Source of the DNA: the human T2T-CHM13v2.0 reference genome, Homo sapiens
Assembly (NCBI RefSeq): GCF_009914755.1
Contig: NC_060945.1
Strand: one strand, 5' to 3'
Length of the DNA: 64,000 nt
Shown: in pieces, positions 47,607-60,658 of the stretch
How the letters are laid out: every line of letters starts with the position of its first letter
Numbering within the stretch: the first letter of the stretch is position 1
Made by a program: the position numbers and the translations under genes
Notes under the pieces: model-generated
Seen by the model: the letters and a program-made list of their open reading frames with translations, nothing else
Databases searched by the model: none
What the model was told of the DNA's origin: nothing

Positions 47607-47969
47607 CTAAGTAAAAAAAAGAGAAACATATCATGATCAGATATTTTATATGTAGGTGCCATATGATTCCTGGACAAAAGATTTTTCTACAAAACAGGTA
47701 AACAAAATAAATTTTTAATTTTTCAAATAATTGCATTCTGGAAGATAGTATGTTAAAAAGGCAATGGAAATTTATTCTGAGACACTCAGGGAGAACGTAA
47801 GAGTATTGTTTTATTCTGCTTAAGGGAACAATCTCGCCACTAATCTAGTCTCTCTGTAATACACTACATGGGTGAAGTTTGTATTTCAAGCTAGTTTTTC
47901 AGAATTTTATAAGCCTTCTCTGAAACACAATGGAGAATATTATCTTTAATGTTCTTCAGAGTTACTTAC

Positions 47970-48046
47970 TTTTTGGGATATAAGGGCATAAATACATCAT
48001 CATCTAAAGTTCTTCTCATTCTCAATAAAAGTGCCTTTAGGTATAC
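47970..48046 (-). CDS. PAXBP1: PAXBP1 exon (VYLKALLLRMRRTLDDDVFMPLYPK-N)
   Basis: 77 nt; donor AA|GTAAGT; phase 0/2. Confidence 0.95.
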
Positions 48047-48457
48047 CTAAAAAGTTAAAAGTAGATCACACATTTTAATAAGGACTATGACAAGAAAAAT
48101 AAGCCATATTCCAAATCATGTAACTGAATATTGAACTGAGTGAACTAGTTTCTCAAATTTTTAATTTTCCTCATTGAAGACCCTAAAGTAATTAATACTT
48201 AATAATCTATTAGTTCATTCCTCAACAACTGCCAAGCAATAAAGCTTTAGAAATCTTTCAATTCCTTAGTCTACATAAAGATTTAAGACCAGACACATAA
48301 TCTAGCTCTCAAAGTGAAAATTCAACAATGACAAAGAGCACCCACCTTCTCTACATTTAAACAGCTTCTATGAATGGCCCCTGAAGAGCATTAACTTTAA
48401 GTTTGGCAACTAGTTATAAAACAGTATCTAGTTGTTTTATATGCTGTTTAAATGGTT

Positions 48458-48699
48458 TGGGTGCCCAATCTTTTGGCTTCCCTGGGCCATACTGGAAGAA
48501 CTGTCTTGGGCCACACATAAAATACAATGACACTAATGACAGCTGATGAGCTAAAAAAAAAAAAAAAAGAAAAAAAAAAAGGAGGGGGGCGGGGTCTGTG
48601 CATAAATTTCATGTATTAAGACAGTTTACAAATTTGTGTTGGGCCGCATTCAAAGCCGTCCTGGGCCACATGTCCATGGGCCACGGGTTGGACAAGCTT
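48458..48699. mobile_element. MER30-like hAT element with internal A-tract
   Basis: ccaatcttttggcttccctgggcca...gggttggacaagctt. Confidence 0.75.
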
Positions 48700-49083
48700 A
48701 AATTATCAATTGTTAACATTTTGGTTTCTCATTTCCCCCCAGAAAATACAGTCTTTAAAAGGACATTTGATTAGTTGGATTGGGACTGAGGTGTGGTGGT
48801 GAGAAATCATAATGAAAGGCTATTTAAAATGATGACATCTTCCTTCCATATTGATTTTTTTAAACTGAAAACTAACATCTCTCTGCGGGACTAGGTATAA
48901 AAAAAAGAAAAAAAAAACCTAACATCTCAAATTTTGTGTATTTCAGGCTTTAATGGCCCTGATGGCCCAAGTGGGAGAACCAGATTTCTGATTGGTTTAG
49001 GATAACCACTCATTCTCTCAATGCTTGCTCATATTCAACAGAAAGAGGAAAAAAAAAAAAGGCTTCAAAAGATACTAAATTAC

Positions 49084-49205
49084 CTGTGTATTTTTATTTT
49101 CTGCATTCACTACTGAAGGATATCCATTGATTAATTTTAGTGTAATTCCCACCATTCTTGAAGTCTGTGTTGTAGAAAAAGGGTCCCACATATTTTCAGC
49201 TATCA
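49084..49205 (-). CDS. PAXBP1: PAXBP1 exon (IAENMWDPFSTTQTSRMVG...ENKNTQ)
   Basis: 122 nt; GT-AG; phase 1/0; WDP motif. Confidence 0.95.
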
Positions 49206-49865
49206 CTATTAAGAAAAAAAGAGGATTGAGACACAGAAGCCAATTGTACCTTTAATTTTTTGTCAAGCAGACCTCTATTAATGCCAATCCTAATTTATTT
49301 TTCCTCTTTTTCTACAATATAAGCTTTAGTCTTCTTTGTCCTATTAACTGTGGGAATTTGGAGGGATAGGGATGTGGAGAGAGGATAGATTATTCTTATT
49401 TCTGGTACTCAGGGAAAATAAAGATTAGGAAAAAAGAGGATTTCTGTAGAAATGTTGTCTTGGCATCAAGAATTTCAAACTAACATTTCTAGTATTTAAA
49501 ATAGATTCCTGTATCAATGATTCCTAATCTTTTTTGAGGAACTTATGAAAGCATTTTAATTGCTCCCCACATAAATGCATATCCTCCTCCCTCAAACTCT
49601 GTATAATTTTGCTTCAGTCAGTCTTTGAATTTCTAAACCTCACCTATGAAGCAATTACTGCACTCAACTACAGGCCCACCCTAAAGTGGTCTTCAAGTCC
49701 CAGGATAAGAACCCCTCTGCCCTCTAGCCATCTCTGGGCCAGGTGGTAACTATTATTTCTCATGTAATTTCTATAAGGAAACATGCTCTGAATTATAAAC
49801 TCATAAAAATAGATTTGAGAAAGCCAGTGTGTCTGAATGCTCAATTCAGAGAACAGGAGATTTAC

Positions 49866-50010
49866 CTGTTAGTTTAGGAAGAATCACCTTTTCCACAATG
49901 GTAGGTAGTAGGGCAACATCTACATCATCTTTTTCTTGCTCTCGTTCTTCACAACCATAAAACAGCAAAGATTCAAACCACAGCATATTCTCAAAGTCAC
50001 GACATTTTGC
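49866..50010 (-). CDS. PAXBP1: PAXBP1 exon (AKCRDFENMLWFESLLFYGCEE...VEKVILPKLT-V)
   Basis: 145 nt; GT-AG; phase 0/1. Confidence 0.95.
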
Positions 50011-50129
50011 CTAAAAGACATTTAAAAGGTTACCCAAATACTAAAATAGTGGCTATTTCTGCTTCCAGCTATGATAAGAGAAACAAGAACTGGATTTAAC
50101 CTTTGGTTGCAAACAACTAAAAACTGGAC

Positions 50130-51545
50130 GGCTGGAGATATCATGCTACCAGACTTCAAACTATAAGGCCACAGTAACCAAAACAGCATGGTACTGATAC
50201 AAAAACAGACACATAGACCAATGGAACAGAATAGAGAACTCAGCAATAAGACCGCACACCTACAACCATCTGATCTCCGACAAACCTGACACGAACAAGC
50301 AATGGGGAAAAGATTCCCTGTTTAATAAATGGTGTTGGGAGAATTGGCTAGCCATATACAGAAAATTGAAACTGGGCTCCTTCCTTACACCATATACAAA
50401 AGTTAAGTCAAGATGGATTAAAGACTTAAATGTAAACCCCAAAACTATAAAAATCCTAGAAGAAAATCTAGGCAATACCATTCAAGACATCGGCATGGGC
50501 AAAGATTTCACGACAAAAACACCAAAAGCAACTGCAACAAAAGCAAAAATTGACAAATGGTATCTAATTCAACTAAAGAGCTTCTACGCAGCAAAAGAAA
50601 CTATTATCAGAGTGAACAGACAACCTACAGAATGGGAGAAAATTCTTGCAATCTATCCATCTGACAAAGGTCTAATATCCAGAGTCTACAGGAAACTTTA
50701 TAGGAAAAAAACAACCCCATTAAAAGTGGGCAAAGGACATGAACAGATACTTCTCAAAAGAAGACATTCATGTAGCCAACAAACATGAAAAAAAGCTCAA
50801 CATCACCGATGATTGGAGAAATGCAAATCTAAACCACAATGAGATACCATCCCATGCCAATCAGAATGGGAATTATTTAAAAGTCCAGAAACAAAAGATG
50901 CTGGTAAGGTTTCAGAGAAAAAGGAACACTTTTACACTATTGGTGGGAGTGTAAGGAAGACAGTGTGCCAATTCCTCACAGATCTAGAAGCAGAAATGCC
51001 ATTTGACCCAGCAATCCCATTACTGGGTATATACCTACAGAAATATAAATCATTCTATTATAAAGCTACATGCATATGTATGTTCACTGCAGCACTATTC
51101 ACAATAGCAAAGACATGGAATCAACCCAAATGCCCATCAATTATAGACTGGATAAAGAAAATGTTATACATATACACCATGGAATACTATGCAGCCATAA
51201 AAAGGAACGAGGTCATGTCCTTTGCAGGGACATGGATGGAGCTAGAAGCCATTATCCTCAGCAAACTAACGCAGGAACAGAAACCCAAGCACCACATGTT
51301 CTCGCAAGTGGGAGCTGAACAATGAGAATATATGGACACATACTGGGGAAAAACACACACTGAGGCCTGTTGGGGGGTGGGGGTGGGGACTTGGGGGAGG
51401 GAGAGCAACAACAGCTACTGGATGCTAGGCTTCCTACCAAGGTGATGGGTTGATCTGTGCTGTAAACCACCATGTCACATGTTTACCTATGTAACAAATC
51501 TGCACATGTACCCTGGAACTTAAAAGCCAAAGAAAATAAAAAAGA
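50130..51545 (+). mobile_element. 5'-truncated primate L1 (L1PA/L1PB-type) ORF2 C-terminus and 3' UTR, nested in an older L1M 5' fragment
   Basis: Frameshifted ORF2 peptides ([20 protein letters not shown]; PFDPAIPLLGIY; WNQPKCPS..DWIKK); G-rich 3' UTR; A tail; aactggac repeated on both flanks. Confidence 0.92.
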
Positions 51546-52082
51546 ACTGGACAAAATACAATGGACCATAGGCAGCACAAGACTATGACCCTTTAAAGAA
51601 AGGAATCAAATGAGGTGAGATGCTAGTTCAGGACAGCAGAGCAGTTTTGCTGAGTGGAGGAGACAGAGGGTGGAGCTCAGGAAGGCTGACACAGCTGGAA
51701 ACTGTGGGGCAGAGGAGTGGGGGACACAGAAAAATAACTCCAAAATACAGTCTTGGGCCTTTGCTATCTACCAAGACACTCATGCACACAGCAAAACTTC
51801 AGAAGGTCTGGCCAAGAGCACACAGGAAATAGGAGCTGTGAGCTGAATGCTTCTCAGAGCTCACATTTTTTTCAGTTGTGTTTCCATGGCATCAACCTCA
51901 GCTCCCTTTTCCTTATAGTTCACAAATTCAACCTAGCCAATCTCAACCATGTCTACAGCTTCACCCACGTTGGTAACTTCTAAAACCACATTGTAAACAT
52001 CACCACTAGACCTCCAGAGTCAATTCTAGCCCCCTCCCTTATATGACAGGCCAATAGGTCCTCTTGATTCCACCTCCTTATC

Positions 52083-52403
<321 letters not shown>

Positions 52404-52790
52404 TGACTTGGGTCATGTCCTCATTTCACACCTGCCTCATTGTGCTTTCCCATCTGGTTCTGAGTTCCTCTAGGATCAAAGGACCAAGTTCTTACTATTC
52501 ATGTTCATATCCCAGTGTTACTGCATATAATTTCAGCTGGCTGAAAAAAGGATTATATGTAAACTGAAAAAACAACAACAACAACAAAAAAAACACATAG
52601 CTCTGCTGGGAAGACATGAAACTTAAAAGGAAAGATCATAAGATTATAACCAGATACAATCTATCAATTATAGCCTATGCCCTATCACCCCTGCAAAATA
52701 TTTTGCTTAAGCTTACATCTCTAGCTTTGAGATTAAAATTACCCAGATATCAAATTATAACACTTTCTAATAGTGACAGAAGCCACTCAC

Positions 52791-52990
52791 CTCAAGAGGA
52801 GTCCAAGTGAGGAGCTGAAGTCGTATGAGGGGGTTGAATAATTTTGGCAAACAAAGGCCAATGTAAGCATCTTTGTAGGATGTGTAGTATTTTGAACGCC
52901 ATGCTTCAAACTGTGATTTAATACAGTCAATTGAATAGAAACTTTCAAGGACATCTTCAAAAACTTTGCCGGATTCTTTTGAAATTCGAT
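52791..52990 (-). CDS. PAXBP1: PAXBP1 exon (RISKESGKVFEDV...IRLQLLTWTPLE), GCFC domain
   Basis: 200 nt; donor GAG|GTGAGT; phase 1/0. Confidence 0.96.
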
Positions 52991-53487
52991 CTAAAAACAA
53001 CAAAACCCCACAGAGAACCATACATTAGTATGAAGTAGGAAAAAAACAGTCCAATATTTTCAGTGTTTTCTTTGTAGCTTCAGTATCAGAAGATACGCTC
53101 ATTAACAAAGGGCCAATTGTTAGTCACAATTTAGAAGAAAAAAATAAATTGAAGTTTCAATTTGTCTATTATGTAAACTAAAGTGCAGCCAGTCCTTGTT
53201 TTGCAGTTCCAGTATATACAATTTTTCTACCACAGTTTGGCTAAATAAAACCTGTTCCCAAACAAGATGGTTCAAATTTCAGTTACTACGGTGTATTAGC
53301 CATAAGTAATTGTGCCGCTAGCTTTTTAGTTCACAGATCACTGCACAGATTAACAGCTGTGCATCATAATCAGTCACTAATCACATTGCTTCATTCAAAC
53401 TCTGTTGGTGATTATAATAACTGACATAGCCAACTATCAGCTGAATGGATGCTAGGAACTTTAAGTGAAAAGTTATTTGCGAATAAG

Positions 53488-53785
<298 letters not shown>

Positions 53786-55208
53786 AAGAATAAGATACTC
53801 TTATGATGTCCCAGATTACTTGGGAAAAGGAAATACTTACAATGGAGAGATAAAGTTCTGAGAACCTTTACTGCAAGATCAATCTTAACATTGCTAATAG
53901 TGGGGACAGTCTAACATTTGTCATGTGCTTTTAAGCAGTATGAAACAGCATCCTGTATAAATTATTCTTGGGGAAGAAAAAAAAAAAGTTTAACTTAAAT
54001 CTAATTAAGCCTTCAGACCTAAATTCCAGTTTACAAGAAATGGATCAAAGAACAAGTTAAACAATGCTATGAGGAAACATACAGACCAGTCTAGAATATA
54101 GGACAGTCTATAAGAGAAGTGGCCTGGTCTCTTCAAAAATTTAAAGAACAATAGGGGTGGGTGTGTGAATGTGTACTTAGGGTTACTCATTTATTCCAGA
54201 TTTAAAAATGTCATAACCAAATGCAGAGCATGAACCTTAGGTGGATCCTGGTTTCAAAAACCACAAAATAACCCACAAAAATAGTTCCTAAAAAGGGTTT
54301 TTCCAGGATGCCATTGAGAAAAATTATATATGGACATGATATTAAGAAATCTGTTTTCTTATTGTGCTAAAAAAAGAAATACTTAATCAGAATAGGCATC
54401 TAACAAAAAGAAAAAAGATAATAATACTGTGATTATACAGAAAAATATACTCATTTAGAGGAAACACACTCTGAAATTTTGGGGAGTGAAGAGCCATGAG
54501 GTCTGTAAGTTACTTTCAAATGGTTCAGCAAACACACACATCTCCTTGTATAAAGAGCCAGGCAAACTTGGTGAAATCATAAGCATTGTTATCTGAGTGA
54601 TAGGTATGTGGATGATCACTGTGCTAGTCTTTCAAATTTTGTTTAGAAATGTTCACTGTAAAAAAAGTAAGAGAAAGAAGCTTCTCCAACTAAGTTCCAA
54701 ATGGTGTGCAATTGATATAATTCCAAACAATTATAGCCAATGGTGGGAAATGAAGACTTTTATTTGGGATCCTTCTGAAAATGCCTGGCACATAATAGTA
54801 CTAACCATTCCTCTAAGGTGAGATTACTTATGACTCCCCAAATCAAGAGTTTCCTTCAGGGCTGAGTGCTCTACTGCCAAGCTTTACCTTTCCAGACCAG
54901 ACAGGCTGCAATGAGAGCTGCCCTCAAGGACCTGACACATTTCCAGTCACTTAAAATTCTACCATTTGGAACAGTAACAACATTTATTATGCAAATACTA
55001 AGTACACCCTATGAGAAGATGTTACCCCTATTTTTGAGAATTCATCATGATATTCACTAATAAAAAGGCATGCAAATTTCTGCAATTAAAAAAGAAGTGT
55101 CTGGTTCTAATGCAGAGACCATGAAGATTCAAATCATTTCATGGTAAAAACCATACCCAAGTAGAAACTAAACTGATGATGAGTCTTATTTCCAAATAAA
55201 TGTCTAAC

Positions 55209-55324
55209 CTTTTTCCAGATTGAAATTAGTAATATCTGTAGAAGTTTCTTCATCATCACTGGAAAGGCCTTCAAGGTGATCTGCCATCTTACCGGTTTGT
55301 TCTCTGGCTTGTCTACGACGAGTC
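55209..55324 (-). CDS. PAXBP1: PAXBP1 exon (TRRRQAREQTGKMADHLEGLSSDDEETSTDITNFNLEK-D)
   Basis: 116 nt; GT-AG; phase 2/1; EGLSSDDE motif of the GCFC family. Confidence 0.95.
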
Positions 55325-55410
55325 CTAAATAATAAACATCAAGTTCCCAAACTAGATAACAGAGACTCCTCCCTTCCCAAACAAGCCAGAGCAAGGGTTT
55401 TGAGAATTAC

Positions 55411-55510
55411 CTCCTGGCCTCCCGCTCTGCAATGCGACGTTTTGCATGCTCTTGATACAGTGCCCGATCGCGTCCAAAGGAGTCAAGATTTGGTGCCATC
55501 AGAGCTTTGT
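55411..55510 (-). CDS. PAXBP1: PAXBP1 exon (KALMAPNLDSFGRDRALYQEHAKRRIAEREAR-R)
   Basis: 100 nt; GT-AG; phase 1/2; followed by an 86-nt intron. Confidence 0.95.
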
Positions 55511-56924
55511 CTGCAAAACAACAACAGTTAAAATTAAAAGCCATCTTTCAACAATCTTGAGGAAAGAGTTTGCACAGAATAAGCCATTACGACAGACTGC
55601 TTGCTAATCTCAACGGCAAGATTCTGCAATAACTGGTAAACCAGGTAGGTTTTTGGTTTAGAACAAATTTCATTATTATTCTGCGTTCCCATTTTAAAAA
55701 GTAGAAAAATTAAAGAAGTGATTTCTTTTTAAGAGTTCAACAACCCTACAAATATGTAATTGGGCTTACTCACTATTTTTATGTCTAAGTAACAGGACAG
55801 CTATCAGGAATAGCTATCATGATGACCAAATAAATTAAAACTCTAAATTACCTGTGCAAAGGGAAAAATATTACATTTTTAAGGAGGAAGAACTTCAGCA
55901 TCACATTGAATGACAGCAGGAAAACATAGGAAGACATAAGAAAACAGCTTTGTTGCAAGAGTTTAATAAATTTATTGTAATTTTGCTTTGTAGAAATTTG
56001 TTTTCTATCACTATTTTTAGAATAAGGCATCTGAAAACCGCATCTGAGCAGGACCAACTTCCGCCTTCTCAAATGCTAATCTTTCTCTTTCACAGCATAG
56101 TTTTATTTTATTTTTTTGGTCTTCGTATTTTCCATTTCTCAAAAAACATTCTAGGGTAATTTCCTAGCTTTAGCTTCCAATCCTATTTAAATTTATATTT
56201 CAGTTATCATATTTTTAGTTTTCAAGAGATAGTTCTTGTTCTTACAATATTCCTCTTCTACAGCATTCTATATACTGCTGTTGAGTAGGATACCTTCTAT
56301 TATCTCCCTGGGGCTCCCAACTGTTTGAAAGTAATCTGTTTACAGAAAACTTGCATACTTGTACCAGCACTGTCTGTTTCCTCAGTCCCTTTGGTTCTGC
56401 TGCTCAGGTTGGTCCTTATGATCATCGTTAACTGCCTGTTCATATAGAAGAGCAAGACTGGAAGCTGTGTGTGTGGGCAGGAGCTGTCTAACAGAGGTGT
56501 CTCCGTCGGATCACTAGGTACTGAGCCAGTTCTTTTGTTGGGGATCCCCAGATTTTAGTGTTTCAGGGTCTTTATTTTGGACCTACTCTCTTTAATCAAA
56601 AAAGACTCCCCTAATCTCTTGCCTAGGTAAAAGAAGGGGTGGGGGAAACATCTGTCCACTATACTTCCCTCATTTCTACGTTTTAGTTCCACACTATGAA
56701 GATATGACAGTAAGGGGAGGCAAACAACCCAAACGACTGGGTGAGAGGGGAGGGAGGTGAGCACATGCAAGATGAAAGACATCCAAGTTAAGACTTGCAT
56801 ATTTTTTTACTTATCAATTGATATTTACTGATATCAACAGAGATGTGTCACCAAAATCAGCAACAGGAAAAACAAAACCAAAATTTAGCTCTTACTTCAG
56901 AATATCCTAATTATCAGACCTTAC

Positions 56925-57205
<281 letters not shown>

Positions 57206-57468
57206 AGACCCTACTATTTTTAAAAGTTGACTTTTTTTTTTACTGAGTTTTTCATTCATATTTCAAAATAGCTCTGAAATTAGGAAGGAGGTATGTTCCT
57301 GAGTGCATCAATTACAATGAAAAATTACTAAACCAGAAAGATTTCCCAGCCCTAGATGTGAGTTCACTACACACCCCAGATGAATTAGCTAAAATATCCC
57401 AAACTATAAAAATAATTCCAGACTCAAGAGTTTTCCTTCAAGAAATATTTTTAAAAATATCATTATAC

Positions 57469-57738
57469 GGCTGGGCACGGTGGCTCACGCCTGTAATCCC
57501 AGCACTTTGGGAGGCTGAGGCTGGTGGATCACGAGGTCAGGAGTTCAAGACCAGCCTGACCAACATGGTGAAACCCCGTCTCTACTAAAAAAAATACAAA
57601 AATCAGCCAGGCGTAGCTGAGGCAGGAGAATTGCTTGAACCCGGGAGGCGGAGGTGGCGGTGAGCCGAGATTGCGCCATTGCACTCCAGCCTGGGCAACA
57701 AAGCGAGACTCCGTCTCAAAAAAAAAAAAAAAAAAAAA
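57469..57738 (+). mobile_element. AluS-type with internal deletion
   Basis: About 30 bp missing after ccaggcgt; cattatac flanks. Confidence 0.87.
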
Positions 57739-59519
57739 CATTATACTTAAAACATCACTGCATGTATAGGTTTTGTAAAATGTGCACTGGAGGAGACAGG
57801 TGAGTCTAACATGACTCAAGTGATAGCCTCCTCCATTTCTGTAAGAATTATACACAGTAATTGCAGATAAGTGCTTATAAATCTAAACAGAAGAATTTCA
57901 GACTATTCTTTACTTCTTTAAAAAACAGATCAGAAAATGAATTGATTCTCCAGCATCCCATGTCATTTTCCTCAAATCTTTGGCAATTAATGTATACTCC
58001 CTCTAGGACTGTATTTTTCACTTTCCCAGTATCTTTTAATTTCTTTCCAACTTTCAATCAAACTAATATAAATAATTCAACTCTTCTTTCAAATCCCCTC
58101 TAAGTAAATAGCTCCATATTCTCAAGAACAAATTACAGATGGGAAAAGGTATTTGATGAAATGTACAGCTCACACAAACCATCTAACTTAAAAGAAAATT
58201 ACCTCCCTTTGTAGTATAATGGTTACCTGTAATCTGCCCCAGAAATCTGGTTCTGTCTGGATCAAAAGTGATCTGGGAGGGATGCATGAGTCATGTAGGT
58301 GGCTAATGTCAATAATCCAATTTAAAATTCAGTGGCAAAAACAGAAGGTCATAGCCATTTATAGGGCTCATAGCTGAGACTACCTCAGCTATGAGGGCCG
58401 TATTACCATCTGTTTATGCCTCTCCAAAACCCATCTGACATATAGGAGGATGCTTTTTCAGGGATCCTATGTCTCTCTGACTTAGAGACCATGTATAGCA
58501 AAGCATTGCTTTCTGAAAGAATAACATTAGAGCTATTTGCATTTGATCACCTGGAGAGATTGTTTAACATGCAAATTTCTGGATGCTGAAGACCTAGTAA
58601 GAATCACTGGGGATAGAACCAGAAAATCTGTATGTTAAACGAGTATCAGGTAATTGTGATGCACACTTCCATTTGAGAAATGCTGACAAAGGGAACAAAG
58701 AAATGACAAAAGAAACCACAAGGAATTCACACTAGGAAAATTCCTATTAGCGCACTCAAGAATATGGAGGGTAACGGAAAAAAAGGAACTAAACGGTTTA
58801 AAACATCCAGTTAAAGGACCTCCGCTGAACTATTTAACAAGAGGTTTCTAATTCTGGTTTTCCATAACACATGTCATAATGATGGAAGTACAAATTCAAT
58901 TTCTATCCATTTGTATACAAAATTTCAAGAATTGTAAGCACCAACTGACTTACTAAAAAACACAGTACATAAAGCAAACTAGAGAAACATTTAAAAAGAA
59001 ATTACAAAAAGTTTGCTTTATCCAAAGGATGAAGCTCAAAACTCTCCTATCTTGGAGTTGTGTCATTTGTTAAGTTATAGCTTCCCTCCCCCTACCCACA
59101 ACATGTCCCAGTCCCTAAACTCAAACTCTTTCACTGTGATCAACAAAAGCATTTATTTGTATTGGTGTTTTGAATGAAAATGGGGGAAAAAACCAATTAG
59201 GGCCAAACAGATAATGGTTTTAACATAAAATACGGATAATGTCTTTTCTATACTCTAAAGGAGAATGAAAAAATATGCCCAAAGAATAAGAAGACTGACA
59301 GAATCTTAGCACGTTTTTGAGCTCCTTTGTGAAGCTCTATTTTCTTAAACACAATTCAAGTACATGCTGTTACCATTTTTAGATCTACCTGACACAACAG
59401 CAAGGAAATTGTTTCTTTAAAAAAAAAAAAAAAGCTCCAAGATCTCTAATTTTCAATTAGGCTGCACTAAGTAAACAAGGTTGTTTAATGAATAATAAAA
59501 ACCTTCAAGATGGACTGAC

Positions 59520-59643
59520 TTGAATGGCTTGAAAACTCCGAAGATTCATCTTTAATATCATCTTGTCGTCTTTGGACAAGGCGGGAAGCTCGCTGTTTGT
59601 ACAGCTGATGTATTGCTGATTCAAGTTCATTAATCAGTGGCAC
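59520..59643 (-). CDS. PAXBP1: PAXBP1 exon (VPLINELESAIHQLYKQRASRLVQRRQDDIKDESSEFSSHS-N)
   Basis: 124 nt; acceptor ttttacag|, weak donor CAA|GTCAGT; phase 0/1 consistent. Confidence 0.94.
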
Positions 59644-60544
59644 CTGTAAAAATACAACACACTCCGTAACACCAAACTCCTCAGCTGCTTATTTATTTGA
59701 GGGTTCCATACTATTTCCGGATTTCTGAAAAAGTACCCTCTCTATGGACAGAATAATCATGAATCCCCAACAGCACACAAGTAGCAAATTCTGTTTTATG
59801 TTTGGGAAACGACACTTCTTCTTTTAATCCATGCATAGAGCTATAATGTCCAGTGCCTAGTTATTGGAGCAAACATTAGTTAAGAAATGTAACACTTCAG
59901 TATTCATAGAACAAGTAAAGAAATGTCAACAATTTTAGAGCTTTTCCCTTAGAGAATATTTAAGTACTTAGAAGTCTTTTTAATATCTATTTTTAATTTT
60001 CCAGCAGCATTATCTGCATTGCGATTTTTGTAGTTCAAAGTAAAACATTATCACTGTGTGGTACCAAAAAAGTGCAATGGCTCTATAAGTAGGTAAGAAC
60101 AAGAGTCTGCTAATTCTCCAATTTTGGACATTTCAGTTGCTCTGCCACTCATATGTACCAAGTACGTTACAGTAATCTGTTTACTATTTTGTAGCTTTAT
60201 TACAGATTTTTTAATGTAAACAAAATAATTACTAGGGCGAATAAAATTTCCAGCTATCACTAACCTCTCTGAACTCAATATATCTCAAATTTAAAAAGTT
60301 GTTCTCTTCCTGTCAAATGTTTAAATTCTCCCATATTTTATAAAAATTTCTTTACATGAATTGTGAACTTACAAAGTCAATAATTTTTCCAGGTTAATAT
60401 CCCTAAAGCATTTACTTGATTCATATAGAATACAAAAGAACATGAGAGCTAACTTAAAACAGAAAACTTTCTTTTTCTAAATACCTTATGTTATAATCAA
60501 ATGCTATGAGACTTTCACGTAACACTAATGACCACTACACATAC

Positions 60545-60658
60545 CTGAGGAAACCAGAAATTCTAGTTTCCTGATGGTTAGTGCAAATGGAAAACACATT
60601 ATTTAGAGTTTGGGAACACTGGCACCAAGTGTTATAGCAGCTTCCTGAACTGAACAGA
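60545..60658 (-). other. PAXBP1: PAXBP1 alternative poison exon (SVQFRKLL*)
   Basis: Acceptor ttttttattttccatttgcag|, donor CAG|GTATGT; 114 nt with in-frame TAA at codon 9. Confidence 0.75.

Noticed and set aside
50366-51325. L1 ORF2-like ORFs as a functional gene
   Set aside because: 5'-truncated and frameshifted; lacks the endonuclease and RT core
51371-51400. G-quadruplex-forming run
   Set aside because: Standard G-rich tract of L1 3' UTRs, not locus-specific
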